Shown: positions 1 to 15,900 of the stretch, piece after piece
Layout of the letters: every line of letters starts with the position of its first letter
Numbering within the stretch: position 1 is the first letter of the stretch
NCBI RefSeq assembly: GCF_009914755.1
Contig: NC_060939.1
Direction: 5' to 3' (one strand)
DNA length: 64,000 bases
Source: the human T2T-CHM13v2.0 reference genome, Homo sapiens
Position numbers and translations under genes: made by a program
Notes under the pieces: generated by a model
What the model was told of the DNA's origin: nothing
Databases searched by the model: none
What the model saw: only the letters and a program-made list of their open reading frames with translations

Positions 1-86
1 AGCCTGCCCTTTGTACACATACACACATACATACATACACATATATCTTAGTGGTTTTGTTTCTCTGGACAACACTAACCAATACA
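1..86 (+). mobile_element. 3' end of an MLT2-type (ERVL) LTR
   Basis: (CA/TA) tract followed by ggttttgtttctctggacaacactaaccaataca, typical of an MLT2 terminus. Confidence 0.55.
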
Positions 87-192
87 CTGGGTAAACAATA
101 TATCATTAGTAGGATGAAATGTACCAACCACTTAAGAGAACAAACTATTTTCCAAAAGATAACTTTCCAGACAATTAATATGCTATGCGTGA

Positions 193-603
<411 letters not shown>

Positions 604-2363
604 TAAGTTTAAAATAATGATGGTACTGAGCCCCTTTGGTGGAATAAGTACCAATAAGTACCATCATCTCTGACTGAGATGATGGTTATGAATACCTCCC
701 TGAAAAAAACACTCTGCCTTAGAAAGACAAAGAGACCCAAATCTCTGCTATGCACTGCACTTGCCACAGACTGCCAGGGGTGGCTCTTCAGAACTTTCTT
801 CCTCCTTAGTTTTAGTGAAGAGTAAGAAATGGCAGGGTGAATTCTCAGGTCAAATGCAGGGAAAAGTCATTTGAGTTAGGAAAATCATCTCAGAATTTCG
901 TCTCTTGAAGTAGCAATTGGTAGTGAGAGATTAGATTTGACTTGCTAGAACACTCGCTGAAATGCACTCTTTTCGCTTCCAATGCAAGTGTAGCAAGAGA
1001 CGAGAGTGCAAGCAGAATGCTGCTTCAGGGAGAAAAGCTGTACCAGGAGCCAAGCTTGTACTCTGGGTCCAAGACAGCCCTCATTTGGCCACTTATGGAA
1101 TCAACAGTCAACTTTTCAGGACACAGTGAGGTAACTCTTTCACTTCTCTGAACATGGTATCTTGGTGAAAATCCTTGAACCCTAGCTATACAATACTTAC
1201 TCAGCACCCACAGAATGGTTATATTCTATCTAGTCTGTATTCTTACCACTTACAAGTCGATAACACAACTGACCTTTCAGTAGCAAAGCTGTGGATCTAC
1301 CAGGAAAGCTGCCTTTGATCTGATGTTCACCCAGAAGCTGCGGTTCTGGTGTGAGGTAGGACAAAGTGGGAAAGGACACCCCCAACTCCTCAAGGGCAGA
1401 AAGGGGACCTGACTGTCTAGGTGTGAGAGGGGGAGGGTGAGTATCTACAGACACTCTGACCATTGCCCCCAGCCTCACTTCAGGGTCCTGCACGATTATG
1501 ACAAAGTGGAATTCCAGGGATGGGAGGGATTAGAAAGCTGTCAGCAGGGATCTGCCCGAGCCAACAGACAAAAAGAGATGGAAATGTTCACAGCACCTGC
1601 CATGTGCAGACGGTGGGCTGGACTTTATCCTCACCATAGCACTCAGTTTGTACATGAGAAACCCAAAGCTGGGAAGTTGCAGATGCCACCTTGGGCGTCA
1701 GCATGTCAGCTAAGCCCCACAGGCTTAGCAAGTGAGAGACGTGGAAGGAGTGGAGTAAAGGTGTTGGAAACCCTGCCCCAGTGTGCTCACTCACTTTCTG
1801 TGCTTGGTTGATTAGGGCAGGGGACAGGGCCTCATGCAGCACCTCCCACCCCCACTGGACAGTAGGTCCTGGGCTGCCCCACACTTCGGTGACTGGCCTT
1901 CCTGGGGAGTGGGGAAACTGGCATGATGCTCCCTTTGCTAAAGATTAAGTTCTGTAGACTCACTCCTTTTCAAAGTTTGCGTTAGGGTTAGGACACTTGG
2001 CCACTCCAACAGCAGCTTCTGGTAGATAGGGTACACTGTCATTAGGTCAAAAGAGGAAGAATTCTGTCATTGGTCCATATACTTCACATCAAAAACTCTT
2101 TGGGACAAGTCAGCAGTCTGGTACGGTAATTTTTCTGATTCTATCACTATTCTTTTTATTTCATGTAGCAGCCAAGATAAACTTCCCACGAGGTCATGCT
2201 GTGGGCAGTACACACTGTTCTCAGCATAAGAAAAGCATAGGTTTTTAATGGACGCAAAAGTAATAAACAGTTGGAAAAGAGAGGTAAGGGAGCAATATAC
2301 ATGTGACTCCAAAGGAAACAACAGGAAATAACAGAATATAAGTCATGTTTCCCAAGAACTTAC

Positions 2364-2397
2364 CATTTGGGCCTGGTTCAGGGATAGGATAGTTCTC
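2364..2397 (-). pseudogene. SORD2P: SORD-like exon 2 (34 nt), splice sites intact
   Basis: Minus strand reads ttgtttcttttag|GAGAACTATCCTATCCCTGAACCAGGCCCAAATG|gtaagt: canonical acceptor and donor, encoding ENYPIPEPGPN. Confidence 0.95.
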
Positions 2398-3382
2398 CTA
2401 AAAGAAACAAAATTGAAAAAATCATTTAGCATGCATAAGAACTTCACCTTATGAACATTTTCCATTAAAAACAATTAGAGTTTCATCATTAGTTTATTTC
2501 TTCTTAGAATTAACACAAGCTCAGACCACACTGCTCCTGGGTGCATGCCTGAGGGGATACGCTAAATGGCACGCTGCACACACCTGCCTAGCCCTTCGTC
2601 ACTTTTCTGCATAACACAGTGACGGACCCAACAGCAGCATGCCCAGCATACTCACAGAGCATACAGAGGACCACACTTGTTGTCAGTAGTGACATGTCAC
2701 AGGGTGAGATGAAGTTCTGACGCTGGGTTCCCTCCCTAGGAAACAGCCTACAAGCCAAAGGCCAATCCTAACTGAGGAAGAGCTGACTCTAATTGCTGAC
2801 CTCATCCCACCCACTGGTGCAACTTCGCCAGGACTAAGGAAAAAGCACAGTCCATGTAACTCTAGGCAGAAGGGATCTTTGGGTTTCTAGATCTGCCATC
2901 CGTATCAGATCCTGCCTTCCTGGAAAAACATGTTCTTAGATACAGATTTGTTTGGTCTGACAAACTCCTCCAGGGAAAGGATGCAGGCGTTTCTGACAGT
3001 TGCACTGAGGATGTTTCCCGCTAGACAGGTAGGAGAAAGTGTCTGTGCTGCCAACCTCTTTCCTTTACATCGGCACAAAGACTGATACCTGGTCCTCTTT
3101 TCCTAAACTTCCCATGTGGCATTTGAGGGGCCCCTTGGGAACACATAAGACCTGCATTTTGGCCCCTCTCACAGGTTCAAAAGTAATCTGAGCTATTCTG
3201 GTGTTCACAGCTAGTAGTAGTAGCAGTAGCAGCAGTAGTTGTAGTAGTGTTGGTTTACTAAGCCTTCTTTCCTCATTGTCAACAGGCTAGGAAAGTCCTA
3301 GTGACAAGGAAGGCCACTGAGTGGCCAAATCAATCCAAGTGTTCATTTTATTCTTTGAAGGTAATCAAGAAAAGAGATGTAC

Positions 3383-3753
<371 letters not shown>

Positions 3754-4628
3754 CTATCCTCACCATACCACTTAGTTTGGAAATGAGAAACTCGAAGCTG
3801 GGAAGTTAAATAACTTGGTCAAGGTCATGCTACCAGAGAGTGGATGAAGCCTGCTTCCACTGTACCCTACTGTAGCCCCAAGGTGGAATATGACTTTTCT
3901 CCTTCAGGGGTGGTGCAAAGAGCTGCCAAACAAGTGATGAGAATGTCAGAGCTGAGCCCCATGAAGAAAACTCTGGGAGGAGGCACTGTTCAAAGCTTAC
4001 CTCCTTCCAAAAGGGCCTAACTAGCTACTTTCATAGGCAGCCCCACCGCACTAAACAACACCAAAGGACAAATGCTGCTCGGTACTATCACCGTGCTTAG
4101 TGATCAGTGGCTTTTTATTTTTTCCTAACAAGATAATAAACACCTTGAAGCCAAAGACCACGCCTTCCATCTCTTTAGCACCAGGTACACTGCTTGGCCC
4201 CAAACTCAAGTGTTTGTACTTGTTAAATAACCACTATCCAAACTAGTGTTTCCAAGGAAGGTCAGAGGTTTTCACTTATGTCAAGTTACCAGCCCTTTCT
4301 GTTGAAGAGGCTCAGTGCTAATTTGAACCTCTTCTCCCATGAAACAAAGCTCAAAGCTTTAATGTTATTGCTGCCTAGCTGATATTGCTCAATGGCTTCT
4401 TTATGTCAGGTACGGTGTGCTTTACAGGCATTACCTCATTTAATACTCACAGAAACCCTACATGGTACATCCTACTATTGTCCCTTTTTCATATGATGAG
4501 ACTGAGGAACCCACCCATGGTAACACTAAGGCAGTAAACGGTGGAGCTGCATCCAAAGCAGCCTGATGGGGGCAAAAGGGCTTAAGGGAGTTTTTTTTTA
4601 TCTCTTGATAATTTAGACTGGCTACATC

Positions 4629-4682
4629 GGAAGGAAGGAAGGAAGGAGGGAAGGAAGGAAGGGAGGATGGGAGGGAGGGAGG
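4629..4682. repeat. (GGAA/GGAG)n purine microsatellite
   Basis: Directly visible. Confidence 0.9.
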
Positions 4683-4811
4683 TAATCAGTCTAGAAATAG
4701 CCACCTTATGATAGCTGATTGTCACCAAAACCTTCCTTAAAGTTGTTGCTGGTCCCACATCAGACATCAGTGACCGCTGTGTAAAGCGATCCTTCTGTTA
4801 TACCAAGTGGA

Positions 4812-5179
4812 TTTTTTTTTGTTTTTTTTACTTTAAGTTCTGGGATACATGTGCAGAACCTGAGGTTTGTTACATAAGTATACATGTGCCATGCTGGTTT
4901 GCTGCACCTATTAACCCATCACCTAGGTTTGAAGCCCCACATGCATTAGGTATTTGTCCTAATGCCCTCCCTCCCCTTGCCCCGCACCCCCCGACAGGCC
5001 TCAGTGTGTGATGTTACCCTCCCTGTGCCCGTGTGTTCTCATTGTTCAACTCCCACTTATGAGTGAGAACATGTGGTATTTGGTTTTCTGTTTCTGTGTT
5101 AGTTTGCTGAGAAGGATGGCTTCCAGCTTCATCCATGTCCCTGAAAAAGACATGATCTCATTCTTTTTTATGGCTGCAT
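4812..5179 (-). mobile_element. L1PA 3' end fragment (L1PA7/8-like)
   Basis: Poly-T followed by actttaagttctgggatacatgtgcagaac...atggctgcat, the antisense L1 3'UTR. Confidence 0.9.
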
Positions 5180-6050
5180 TATACTGCGTGAAATGTTGAA
5201 CTGCAGGTTAAATTGAAACTAAAGACTAAGGCCTTTATTTCAAACATGGGAGAGCACCCCACCTTCCCTGCTAAAGGCACTAGTAGGCAAATTCACAGAC
5301 ACTGAAAGACAGTTCCACAGCATACAATTCATAGCCTTGCCTCCAGCCAGGCCAGACCTGAACGCCCCATTTCAAGGTGGAGAGGTGGTAAGACTAAAGC
5401 TTAGAACAACAGTCATGCACACCAAGTAGGCCCTGGGTCACTAGAGAGAACACTACTGTAAATATTTGTTCAAGTTAACGGAGCTGAACAACTGTGCTCC
5501 TACCACACAGCAAAGCTGCAGTGACTCTCCCAGACACTAGAGGGTGCTGTGCCCACAGCCTGTGCTGTGCCTATAACGGAACACGCTTGATGGAGAAGTT
5601 CAAATAAATTCTTCTCCCTGCACACCAACTTTCTTTTTCCATTCTTTTTCTGGCTGATTCTAATTACCCTTGCAACTCAGGCTTGTCTCCTGCCTCCTGT
5701 CTCTGTAGGAGACATGCTACCTGAGCACAAAACCATTTTAACATCAGCCTGTAGGTTTGTAAATATTGCCCTAAGCACACTGTGGAGACTACAATGTTTT
5801 AGGAAGTTACTGCAGCATGGTTGCTCAAAACCTTGCTTTTCATGTTTCCTTGCCATGATGTTGGCCACAATCCTCTGTTTGCTTAATCCTTTTCTGTCTC
5901 AGATACTCTTCCATTTATCCAATTTCTCATGTACCAAAGTTTCTTAGCTCCTCTGAGATCCCGAACTTTCACTTTTATCTCCACAGCTCCTTTTTTTCTC
6001 ATTCCCAAGGGTTTTGTCATCTCAATCATATTCAAGGTTTCCTAAAGGAA

Positions 6051-6424
<374 letters not shown>

Positions 6425-7143
6425 TGACTGTACAAGAGGGTAAAAAGGAATTGAGTAATTTTTCTTTACCATAGTTGTGTGAGTTTTCCAGCATATTTCA
6501 CTTCAAGTCAGAAATACATATCTGAATCACATATATACTCTCCCTTCTATCCCCTTCAGCTCCTCCCGCTGCCCTACCAGCCCACTCCTGAAGTAACTCA
6601 TGGAAATACTTCAGGAAGTACTCTCTGCGGGGACATGGAATCATCTCAGGTACCTCTCACATACTAAATGTTACCTTGCTTTTCCTAAATACATTTTTTA
6701 CATTAGCCTAAATATATATTTTCTAGCTATGTCATCATTGGTCCCTTTTCCTCTACTTCCACCTGCATAACTGAGTTGATTCCCTCAACACGTCTTGCTT
6801 GGGTTGTAGCAACAGCCTCAACACAAGCAGAAATGGAAGGAAGATGCCTTTTCCCTCCTCCAGCCAACCTGAGTGGCACAGTGAACTCAGACTCTGGAAC
6901 TGCCTGTCAACATGCAACCCAGGCTTCCCCCACCAGCTGCGTGACCTCAGGGTAGTTATGTAACCCCTGTGTGCCCCAATTTCCTCCTTCATATAATGAT
7001 AATCATGAAAGGGAATGCCGACTCAGTAAATACGTTCACTCTTATTACAAAAGAAGTAAAATCAAAGTTCTTTTTCCATAATTAGTTCACACTATGGTTG
7101 AACCAACCCTGGACAATCTTGTCCTTTTGATAAGAGTAAAGCA

Positions 7144-7665
7144 TGTTAAATAGAAATTACAGGAGGCCACTGTTTTGCTTCTGCACAGCGCCCCAAGAGA
7201 ACAGAATTAAAAACCCAAAATGGAGCCACTCATACTAAAGTTCCACATCATCAAAGCAAAACTAAGTTCTTATATGACCTTCAGAGAAATCAGGAGAGAT
7301 AATAGCCAAATATCCCAAACAGGCCAGTTTCAGTCAGCATGATAATAAAGTTCCCTCTACTTTAATCCTTACCAAAAAATAAAAAATAATGACCTGAAGA
7401 AACCTGATCTTAACCAATCAGTTATTTTTCTGTTGTTCTATTTCCCTGTTCCCACCTTACAAGGAAAATAACCGAAATGACCAATCTGCTTTTTCTTGTG
7501 TTTCTGCTTTCTTTAGCTCTTTTCTGTTTGTAAAACCAACCTCCTCTGTTTACCTCACTGGAACACAGGCTATTTTATGGAATGAAGTGTTGCCCAATTC
7601 TAGAATTGCAAATAAAGCCAAAGAAAATCTTTTAAATTAAATTGCAGTCATTTTATCTTTTGACA
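7144..7665 (+). mobile_element. Solo ERV1 LTR (MER67-like)
   Basis: TG...CA termini, AATAAA near 7611, flanks agca/agta (candidate 4-bp TSD), ggaggccactgttttg motif. Family assignment is from memory. Confidence 0.6.
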
Positions 7666-7699
7666 AGTATTTTAAATTATTTTGTGGAAAAGTTGTGTT

Positions 7700-8008
7700 C
7701 TGCATCCTGGATTCAACCAAACCTGAGGTCAAAAATATTCAAAAAATAAAAAACAGCAATACAACAATAAAACATAATGCAAATGAATAATATTGTATAA
7801 CAATTATTTACAGAGCATTTACATTGTGTTAGGTATTAGAGGTAATCTAGGGGGATTTAAAGTAGATGCGAGGATGCATGTAGGTTATATGCAAATACTA
7901 GACCATTTTATTACATACAAGGGACTTGAGAATCCTTGGATTCTGGCATCCACAAAGGGTTCCTGGAGCCAATCCTTCCCCTACTCCAGGATACCGAGGA
8001 CAACTGTA
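7700..8008. mobile_element. MER2 (TcMar-Tigger) DNA transposon
   Basis: ggattcaaccaa...ggataccgaggacaactg|ta terminus. Confidence 0.8.
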
Positions 8009-8854
8009 TTCTCATGGTTTTCATATCAACATTAAGAAAATCTGACCACTCTACAAGGCTGGCATTTGGAAGAAAGTGAAGGGATTCTAGCAGTTTTTAG
8101 GCTTGACTCTGCCAGTTGTGGAAAGAGTGCAATGTGCTCCCACTGTCTTCGGGTGGGGGACAGCTAGCAGTGTGTGGGGAAAGTGCTAGTCTCATCCCAG
8201 ATGCACAGCAGTCACCTGCTCCCTGCTGCCAAGCCTCCTGTGGGCCTGTGGAGGGCTGCCCTGCACACCTGCAGGGCGCAAGAGACCCTGTTTTTCTTCC
8301 TTTCCTCTTCCATTTTCCCTTTCCCTTGAGTGCCTGAAGCGTGTTTTAAGGGTGGGAGGAAAATTCAAAGGTTTCCCAATTGGCTATTTTGTCATGAGAG
8401 GCTTTGTTCTAGCCGTGTTGGTCCTGGCAAACTTGAGGTCAAAGTAGGAGGTAGAATTTCCTCCCAAGGTCCAATGAGCTGGTCTCCAGCCCAAGCTCTC
8501 CTGGCTCCATTCAACTTTGTTCTGCTGATAACAATCTTGCTGAAATGCAAATCTGTATCAAGTCACCAGTGACCCTGGAGACTCCTAAACCCCTCACCTG
8601 GTGGCCACCACACCCCCATTTCACCTCCAACTACACCCATTTCCCATTGCCTAATCCCTCTCCTTCTTTCAGATCCCGCAGGAGGTGGGAATTGAGGCAT
8701 CTGGGATGACTTCTGAATTCCTACAAGAATTACGAGACACTTAGGTTTGGACATGCTGGGACTGAGGTGTCTTGGGACATCCAGGTAGGGCTATTGATAT
8801 ATAATAATGTTTTGTGATTCTAAATGTCTCAAAATGGAGTCTTCTTTTTCTTCT

Positions 8855-9290
8855 AGTTATTGTTTTATAAAAATATATTGTGGTAAAATACATAACATAA
8901 AATCTACCATCTTAAATCTTTTTAAGTGTATAATTCAATATTGTTGTCTATATTCACATTGTTATACAACAGATCTCTAGAATTTCACATCTTGTAAACC
9001 TGAAACTGAATACCTGTTAAGTAACAACTGCCCATTTTACCCCCTCAGCAGCCCTTAACAAACACCATTCTACTTTTTGTGAGTTTGGCTACTTATTTCA
9101 TATAAGTGGAATCATACACTATCTGTCACTTTGTCACTGGCTTGTTTTTATTAACATAATATTCTCAAGGTTTATTTTTAACACAGCATGTGACAAAACT
9201 TTTTTCAGGGCTGAATAATATTCCACTATATATCTATATGCCACATTTAAAAAATGTTCATTACTTGAATAACATCTGGGTTGTTTCCAC
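8855..9290 (-). mobile_element. Old L1M 3' fragment
   Basis: aacataaaatctaccatctt...tataagtggaatcatac motifs. Confidence 0.75.
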
Positions 9291-9437
9291 CAACAAAATG
9301 GAGTCACAATGATAAGTGACTCAGCTCACAGTGAAACTGCTGACTGCTCAAAGTGATAAGCATATGTATGTAGGACTGAGATGACAACACCTGCTGTGGC
9401 CAGGCAACCCCAAAACTTGATAAGAAAGGGAAGCCAA

Positions 9438-9560
9438 GGCCAGGCGGGATGGCTCACACCGGTGATCCCAGCACTTTGGGAGGCCGAGGCAGGTGGATTG
9501 CTTAAACTCAGAAGTTCCAGACCAGCCTGGGCAACATGGTGAAACCCTGTCACCAAAATA
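9438..9560 (+). mobile_element. Alu left monomer, cut off by an L1
   Basis: ggccaggcgg...gaaaccctgtcacc runs directly into L1 ORF2 sequence. Confidence 0.9.
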
Positions 9561-10456
9561 TCTGACAAAGGGCTAATATCCAGAATCTACAATGAACTCA
9601 AGCAAATTTACAAGAAAAAAACAAACAACCCCATCAAAAAGTGGGCAAAGGATATGAACAGACACTTCTCAAAAGAAGACATTTATGCAGCCAAAAGACA
9701 CATGAAAAAATGCTCACCATCACTGGCCATCAGAGAAATGCAAATCAAAACCACAATGAGATACCATCTCACACCAGTTAGAATGGCAATCATTAAAAAG
9801 TCAGGAAACAACAGGTGCTGGAGAGGATGTGGAGAAATAGGAACACTTTTACACTGTTGGTGGGACTGTAAACTAGTTCAACCATTGTGGAAGTCAGTGT
9901 GGCGATTCCCCAGGGATCTAGAACTAGAAATACCATTTGATCCAGCAATCCCATTACTGGGTATATACCCAAAGGACTATAAATCATGCTGCTATAAAGA
10001 CACATGCACATGTATGTTTATTGTGGCACTATTCACAATAGCAAAGACTTGGAACCAACCCAAATGTCCAACAATGATAGACTGGATTAAGAAAATGTGG
10101 CAGATATACACCATGGAATACTATGCAGCCATAAAAAATGATGAGTTCATGTCCTTTGTAGGGACATGGATGAAATTGGAAATCATCATTCTCAGTAAAC
10201 TATCGCAAGGACAAAAAACCAAACACCGCATGTTCTCACTCATAGATGGGAATTGAACAATGAGAACACATGGACACAGGAAGGGGAACATCACACTCTG
10301 GGGACTGTTGTGGGGTTGGGGGGAGGGGGGAGGCATAGCATTAGGAGATATACCTAATGCTAAATGATGAGTTAATGGGTGCAGCACACCAGCATGGCAC
10401 ATGTATACATATGTAACTAACCCGCACATTGTGCACATGTACCCTAAAACTTAAAG

Positions 10457-10495
<39 letters not shown>
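9561..10495 (+). mobile_element. 5'-truncated young L1PA (L1PA3-like) with (TAA)n tail
   Basis: Open ORF2 C-terminus 9654-10256 (cysteine-rich domain), L1 3'UTR with the GAG (non-Ta) diagnostic; no TSD found. Confidence 0.95.
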
Positions 10496-10497
<2 letters not shown>

Positions 10498-11204
10498 AAG
10501 ATTTTAGGAATGAGAGTTTCCTCAAATGACTCCCTTCATAGGAGTTCCTGAGGCACTGAACCATTTTATCAGTAGACCCTGCCCCCCTGTATACCTAAAT
10601 CGGCCACATTTTGCTGGGCTGCAGTTCCCCGGCCAGCCAGAAATGGAAGGGTTTTTAATCTGTGGCTGGTGGTCTTACATCAAAAGAAGAAAACAGTCAA
10701 ATTCTCCAGTTCATATCCAACCAAGGGTTTTTTCCTCCCCCAAAATGCAACCGCTGACAATTTATTAAGTCCAGGAAATCCTGGGTTTCATTTTGGTCCT
10801 CTTGCAGAGAGGAAAATGGGTGGTTCCCCTCAAAGCTTCCCCAGGATTGTTCCTCCTAGTTGCTATCTCTGGTTCACTACTGACCCCAAACCCAAGCCAG
10901 TGAGCCTATTTGTCTTATGGAAAAGGTGGAGGAGCAGTGATACCACATTGGGGGTCCGGGTTGGGCACTGTGGAGGTGCTGGTGGAAGACCATGCCTGAG
11001 AAGGAGTGGCGAGGGCCCAGAAGGTCTGTGTTGAGCTGCAGGTGCACCTGAGGCAGCACAGTGGGTCTCCTCTGCTGACAACTCTTTCTGCCCTTTCCCC
11101 TCCAGTGTTGGGGCTCTCTCCAGGGTAATGTCCTCCTCTTCTTTCCTTCTCACTCTACATGGTTCACTCAGCCCAGGCAAGCTCAGCCATCCATAATTCC
11201 CCAT

Positions 11205-11370
11205 AGGGCACTATTTGGGACAGGACAACTCTTTGTTGTGCAGGACAGTGCTATGAACTGAATAAAGTCCGCAGTAGTGCTCCTCAGTCATCGTGACAAC
11301 CAAACCTCCCTGACACATTTCCAAATGCCCTCTGGGTCAGGGGGGCAGTGTAGTACTGCTCAGTAGAGGA
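11205..11370. mobile_element. MER20-like hAT fragment
   Basis: gtgacaaccaaa...gacacatttccaaatgccc motif. Confidence 0.6.
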
Positions 11371-11484
11371 GCAAAGGACTCCTGAGTTTACATTTCCAAC
11401 CAAGATAGTTAGTATCCCTGCACTCCAGATCCTTGCACCCAAGGAAATTTCTCAAAGGCACCTTGTGTCCTGTCCCAGAGACAT

Positions 11485-11785
11485 CTTTTTTTTTTTTTTT
11501 TTTTTTTTTTTAGACAGAGTTTTGCTGTCATCCAGGCTGGAGTGCAGTGGTACGATCTCAGTTCATTGCAATCTCTGACTCCCAGACTCAAGCGATTCTC
11601 AGCCTCCCAAGTAGCTGGGATTACAGGCATGTGGCACCACACCCAGCTAATTTTTGTATTTATAGTAGAGACAGAGTTTCACCGAGTTGGCCAGGTTGGT
11701 CTCAAACTCCTAACCTCAAGTGATCTGCGTACCTTGGCCTCTAAAAGTGCTGGGATTACAGGCATGAACTACCACAGCTGGCCTC
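11485..11785 (-). mobile_element. AluS with TSD ccagagacatctt
   Basis: Antisense Alu; TSD at ~11475 and ~11786. Confidence 0.95.
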
Positions 11786-13794
11786 CAGAGACATCTTAAA
11801 CTCAACTTTTCAAACCTGATCTCATTTTAATCTACTCTGACCAGTAAATGACCCTACCACTTCCCATTCTCAAACTGAGCCTAGGTGTCATTTCCTAAAT
11901 CCTCCTCTGAACTCTTTTACCCAGTTAGTGTACCAGCACACAACCACAGGTGAAATAGCCCATCATATTTTCTAGATCTTTTAGGTTACAGCCACCCCAA
12001 CCTAGCCCCTAATCCAGTCAGAGAGTGGGTTCTAATGCAAAGCTGATGAGATCAAGGTTAGTTCGCTGCTGCTCTAATCTTCAAAGCTTTGTCTACGGAA
12101 CCATAGTAGAGGTAGTCTGCCTGAGCAGTGGAAGACCATGAGTTTGAGGTAAGATGAAGGAGAACGTAACTGTGTTTCTGCATCTTAGGCGCATGACTTT
12201 TAAGCAGGCTCTGAGCAGATAGAGGGCCAAGGTTCTTTTCTCTTGGGGTCTTTTCTCTGTGGGGTCTTTTCTCTCTGAGGCCTCCATCAAAGCCCTCGGG
12301 CTCTGTCATAATTGTTGACTTTATCTGTCTGCCTCCCTCAGTAAACTTGGGAGCAGGGGCTGTGTCCTCCTCTCTGGGCCCTCAGCCCAGTGCCTGGCAC
12401 ATGGCAGGCACCCTTTCATGAGTGAATGTTTGTGGAATGAAGTACTGAGTTGGAAATCACTCTGCAAGCTGGGTAGAGCTGGACCACTTTCCCTTACTCA
12501 TAATACCATCTGGCATTTGCAACAGTAAACACTAACAGCCTCACTTTAATTCAGGACCTTGGGTGGAGGCTCCAAAGAGTGGAATGAGCACTAGAATGGG
12601 GAGTCTGAACATCTGAGTCCTTGTCGTGGCTCTGTTAACTAACAAAACCTATCACCTTGGGTATGGCACTTTCTTCAACTGAGGAGATGGAGAGTCAGCT
12701 GGGACAAGGGTTCTATAGAGGGGCTTAGAGTGGCTTAAAGGGAGTCCTTGAACAATCTGAAATTGTTGCCAAACTCAGTCTCTTTGCATTCTGTCGAAGG
12801 GACACTACTGATTCTTAAATAGTCAAGAACTGCCAATCTGGATAAGCTTCTGAATTACTGCAATTTACATACTGATGCATGTACTTTGAGGGAGAGGAGG
12901 TACAGGGGAGCAGCAGAGATGGCTGGCACTCATCCCACATACCCACTGCCATCCCAGGCCCATCTGAGAAGCACTTTGTCAAGGGAGCCTTGGCATGACC
13001 AGGGTGCTGACTCCGCCACTTCCTAAACTTTGGTGCCACAAAACAGGAAGCAAAAGGCAGGGTCTAAAGCAGAGGACACACATACAGAATGCTCCTAAAG
13101 GGACAGAGGCACGGGATTAGAAAGAAAAACTGCTGGAAAGTAAACCAGATAGGGACTTAGGGAGAGAAGGAGCCTTACAGACAAGGGGACTACCAAGGTT
13201 CAGAAGTCTGGCACAGGCAAGGGGAACACCAGGAGTTCTGGAGATGGTGGTCTATACTGGAAGGAAAGGAGAAGGAGCTGGCACTTCCTGAGCACGTACT
13301 AAGTGCTGAGTACTCTTGTGATCATAATAATCCTGCAAGGGAGGTTTATCAGTTCCAAGCAAGGGGAGTTAAATATAAGTTCTGCTGTTTTTAAGTGTCC
13401 TCTGGCCCCCCTTTCTGCTTTGCACTGTCTGCCCGGATAATTCAGACAGCCTTAGCATTTTCTTTGAAAAGGTCAATGACGAGAGGCTGGACTATGAATC
13501 TGCAGCTGGCAAAGGAGAGAGAAAGCTTCATTCAAACAGTTTGCAACCATCCTGGGCACCGGCCACGTGCCAGCCATGGGGCTAGGTTCTCGGAGGTACA
13601 CAACTAGATCCCTGCTCTTCGCAACAGCCACTACCCGCCACCCCCACATCCTGAGGGGAACTGGGATCTGGGCAGCCAGGGCGCTTAAGTTGCGGGGCCG
13701 GTGCTGGGCTGTAAGTGGGAAGCCAGGACTGTGGCTGGGCTCAGAGGAGAGTGAGTCAGGGTTGGTAGGCTTCCCACCCTCCTTCCAGGCTTAT

Positions 13795-14000
13795 CAGGCG
13801 CAAGTCACCTGGTCCATGCACCACCAGGGAGAGGTTCTTGGGCTTGGCCGCCGCCGCCATGGAGCTTTTTTGCCTCTCGAGTGAGGCCTGGAACATGCAG
13901 GATGTATGGTTGCTCTGGTGGTGCTGCCCAGCTGAGGGTCCAAGACACTGGGTGGAAGGCGGGGCCTGGGAGAGGCAGCGCATGCAGGGGCGGGACAAGG
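13795..14000 (-). pseudogene. SORD2P: SORD-like exon 1 (5'UTR plus 66-nt CDS from the ATG at 13860) with inactivated donor
   Basis: ATGGCGGCGGCGGCCAAGCCC...TTGCGCCTG is followed by ATAAGC instead of GTAAGC at 13794. GC boxes remain at ~13958-13965 and ~13987-13994. The 5' boundary is approximate. Confidence 0.9.
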
Positions 14001-14002
14001 CT

Positions 14003-14081
14003 TTTTACAATCCTCTTGCAAGACAGAAGAGTTCTCCAAGTCTCCACTCAACCCAGGAAGTTCAGCTGGCTTCACTTCTCA
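14003..14081 (-). mobile_element. 3' LTR12 stub (first ~79 bp of U3 only)
   Basis: Begins TGAGA right after the PPT and aligns with 28322-28400 (13 mismatches by eye, all transitions), then abuts the SORD 5' leader. Confidence 0.9.
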
Positions 14082-14137
14082 ATCCTCCCTCTAAACAGGA
14101 CATACCAACTGCTGTTGGGAATTGGGCGATGACTGAT

Positions 14138-15899
<1,762 letters not shown>

Positions 15900-15900
<1 letters not shown>

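Noticed and set aside
2922-2936. Androgen-response-like element ggaaaaacatgttct in intron 1
   Set aside because: Only one good half-site; such matches are frequent by chance and cannot be supported without ChIP data.
9654-10256. 200-aa ORF as a host gene
   Set aside because: It is the C-terminal domain of L1 ORF2 in a young truncated L1, open simply because the element is recent.
13756-13998. 80-aa ORF containing the SORD N-terminus, as a functional SORD gene or novel isoform
   Set aside because: It reads through a mutated donor into intron and stops after 12 more codons; the upstream promoter is deleted.
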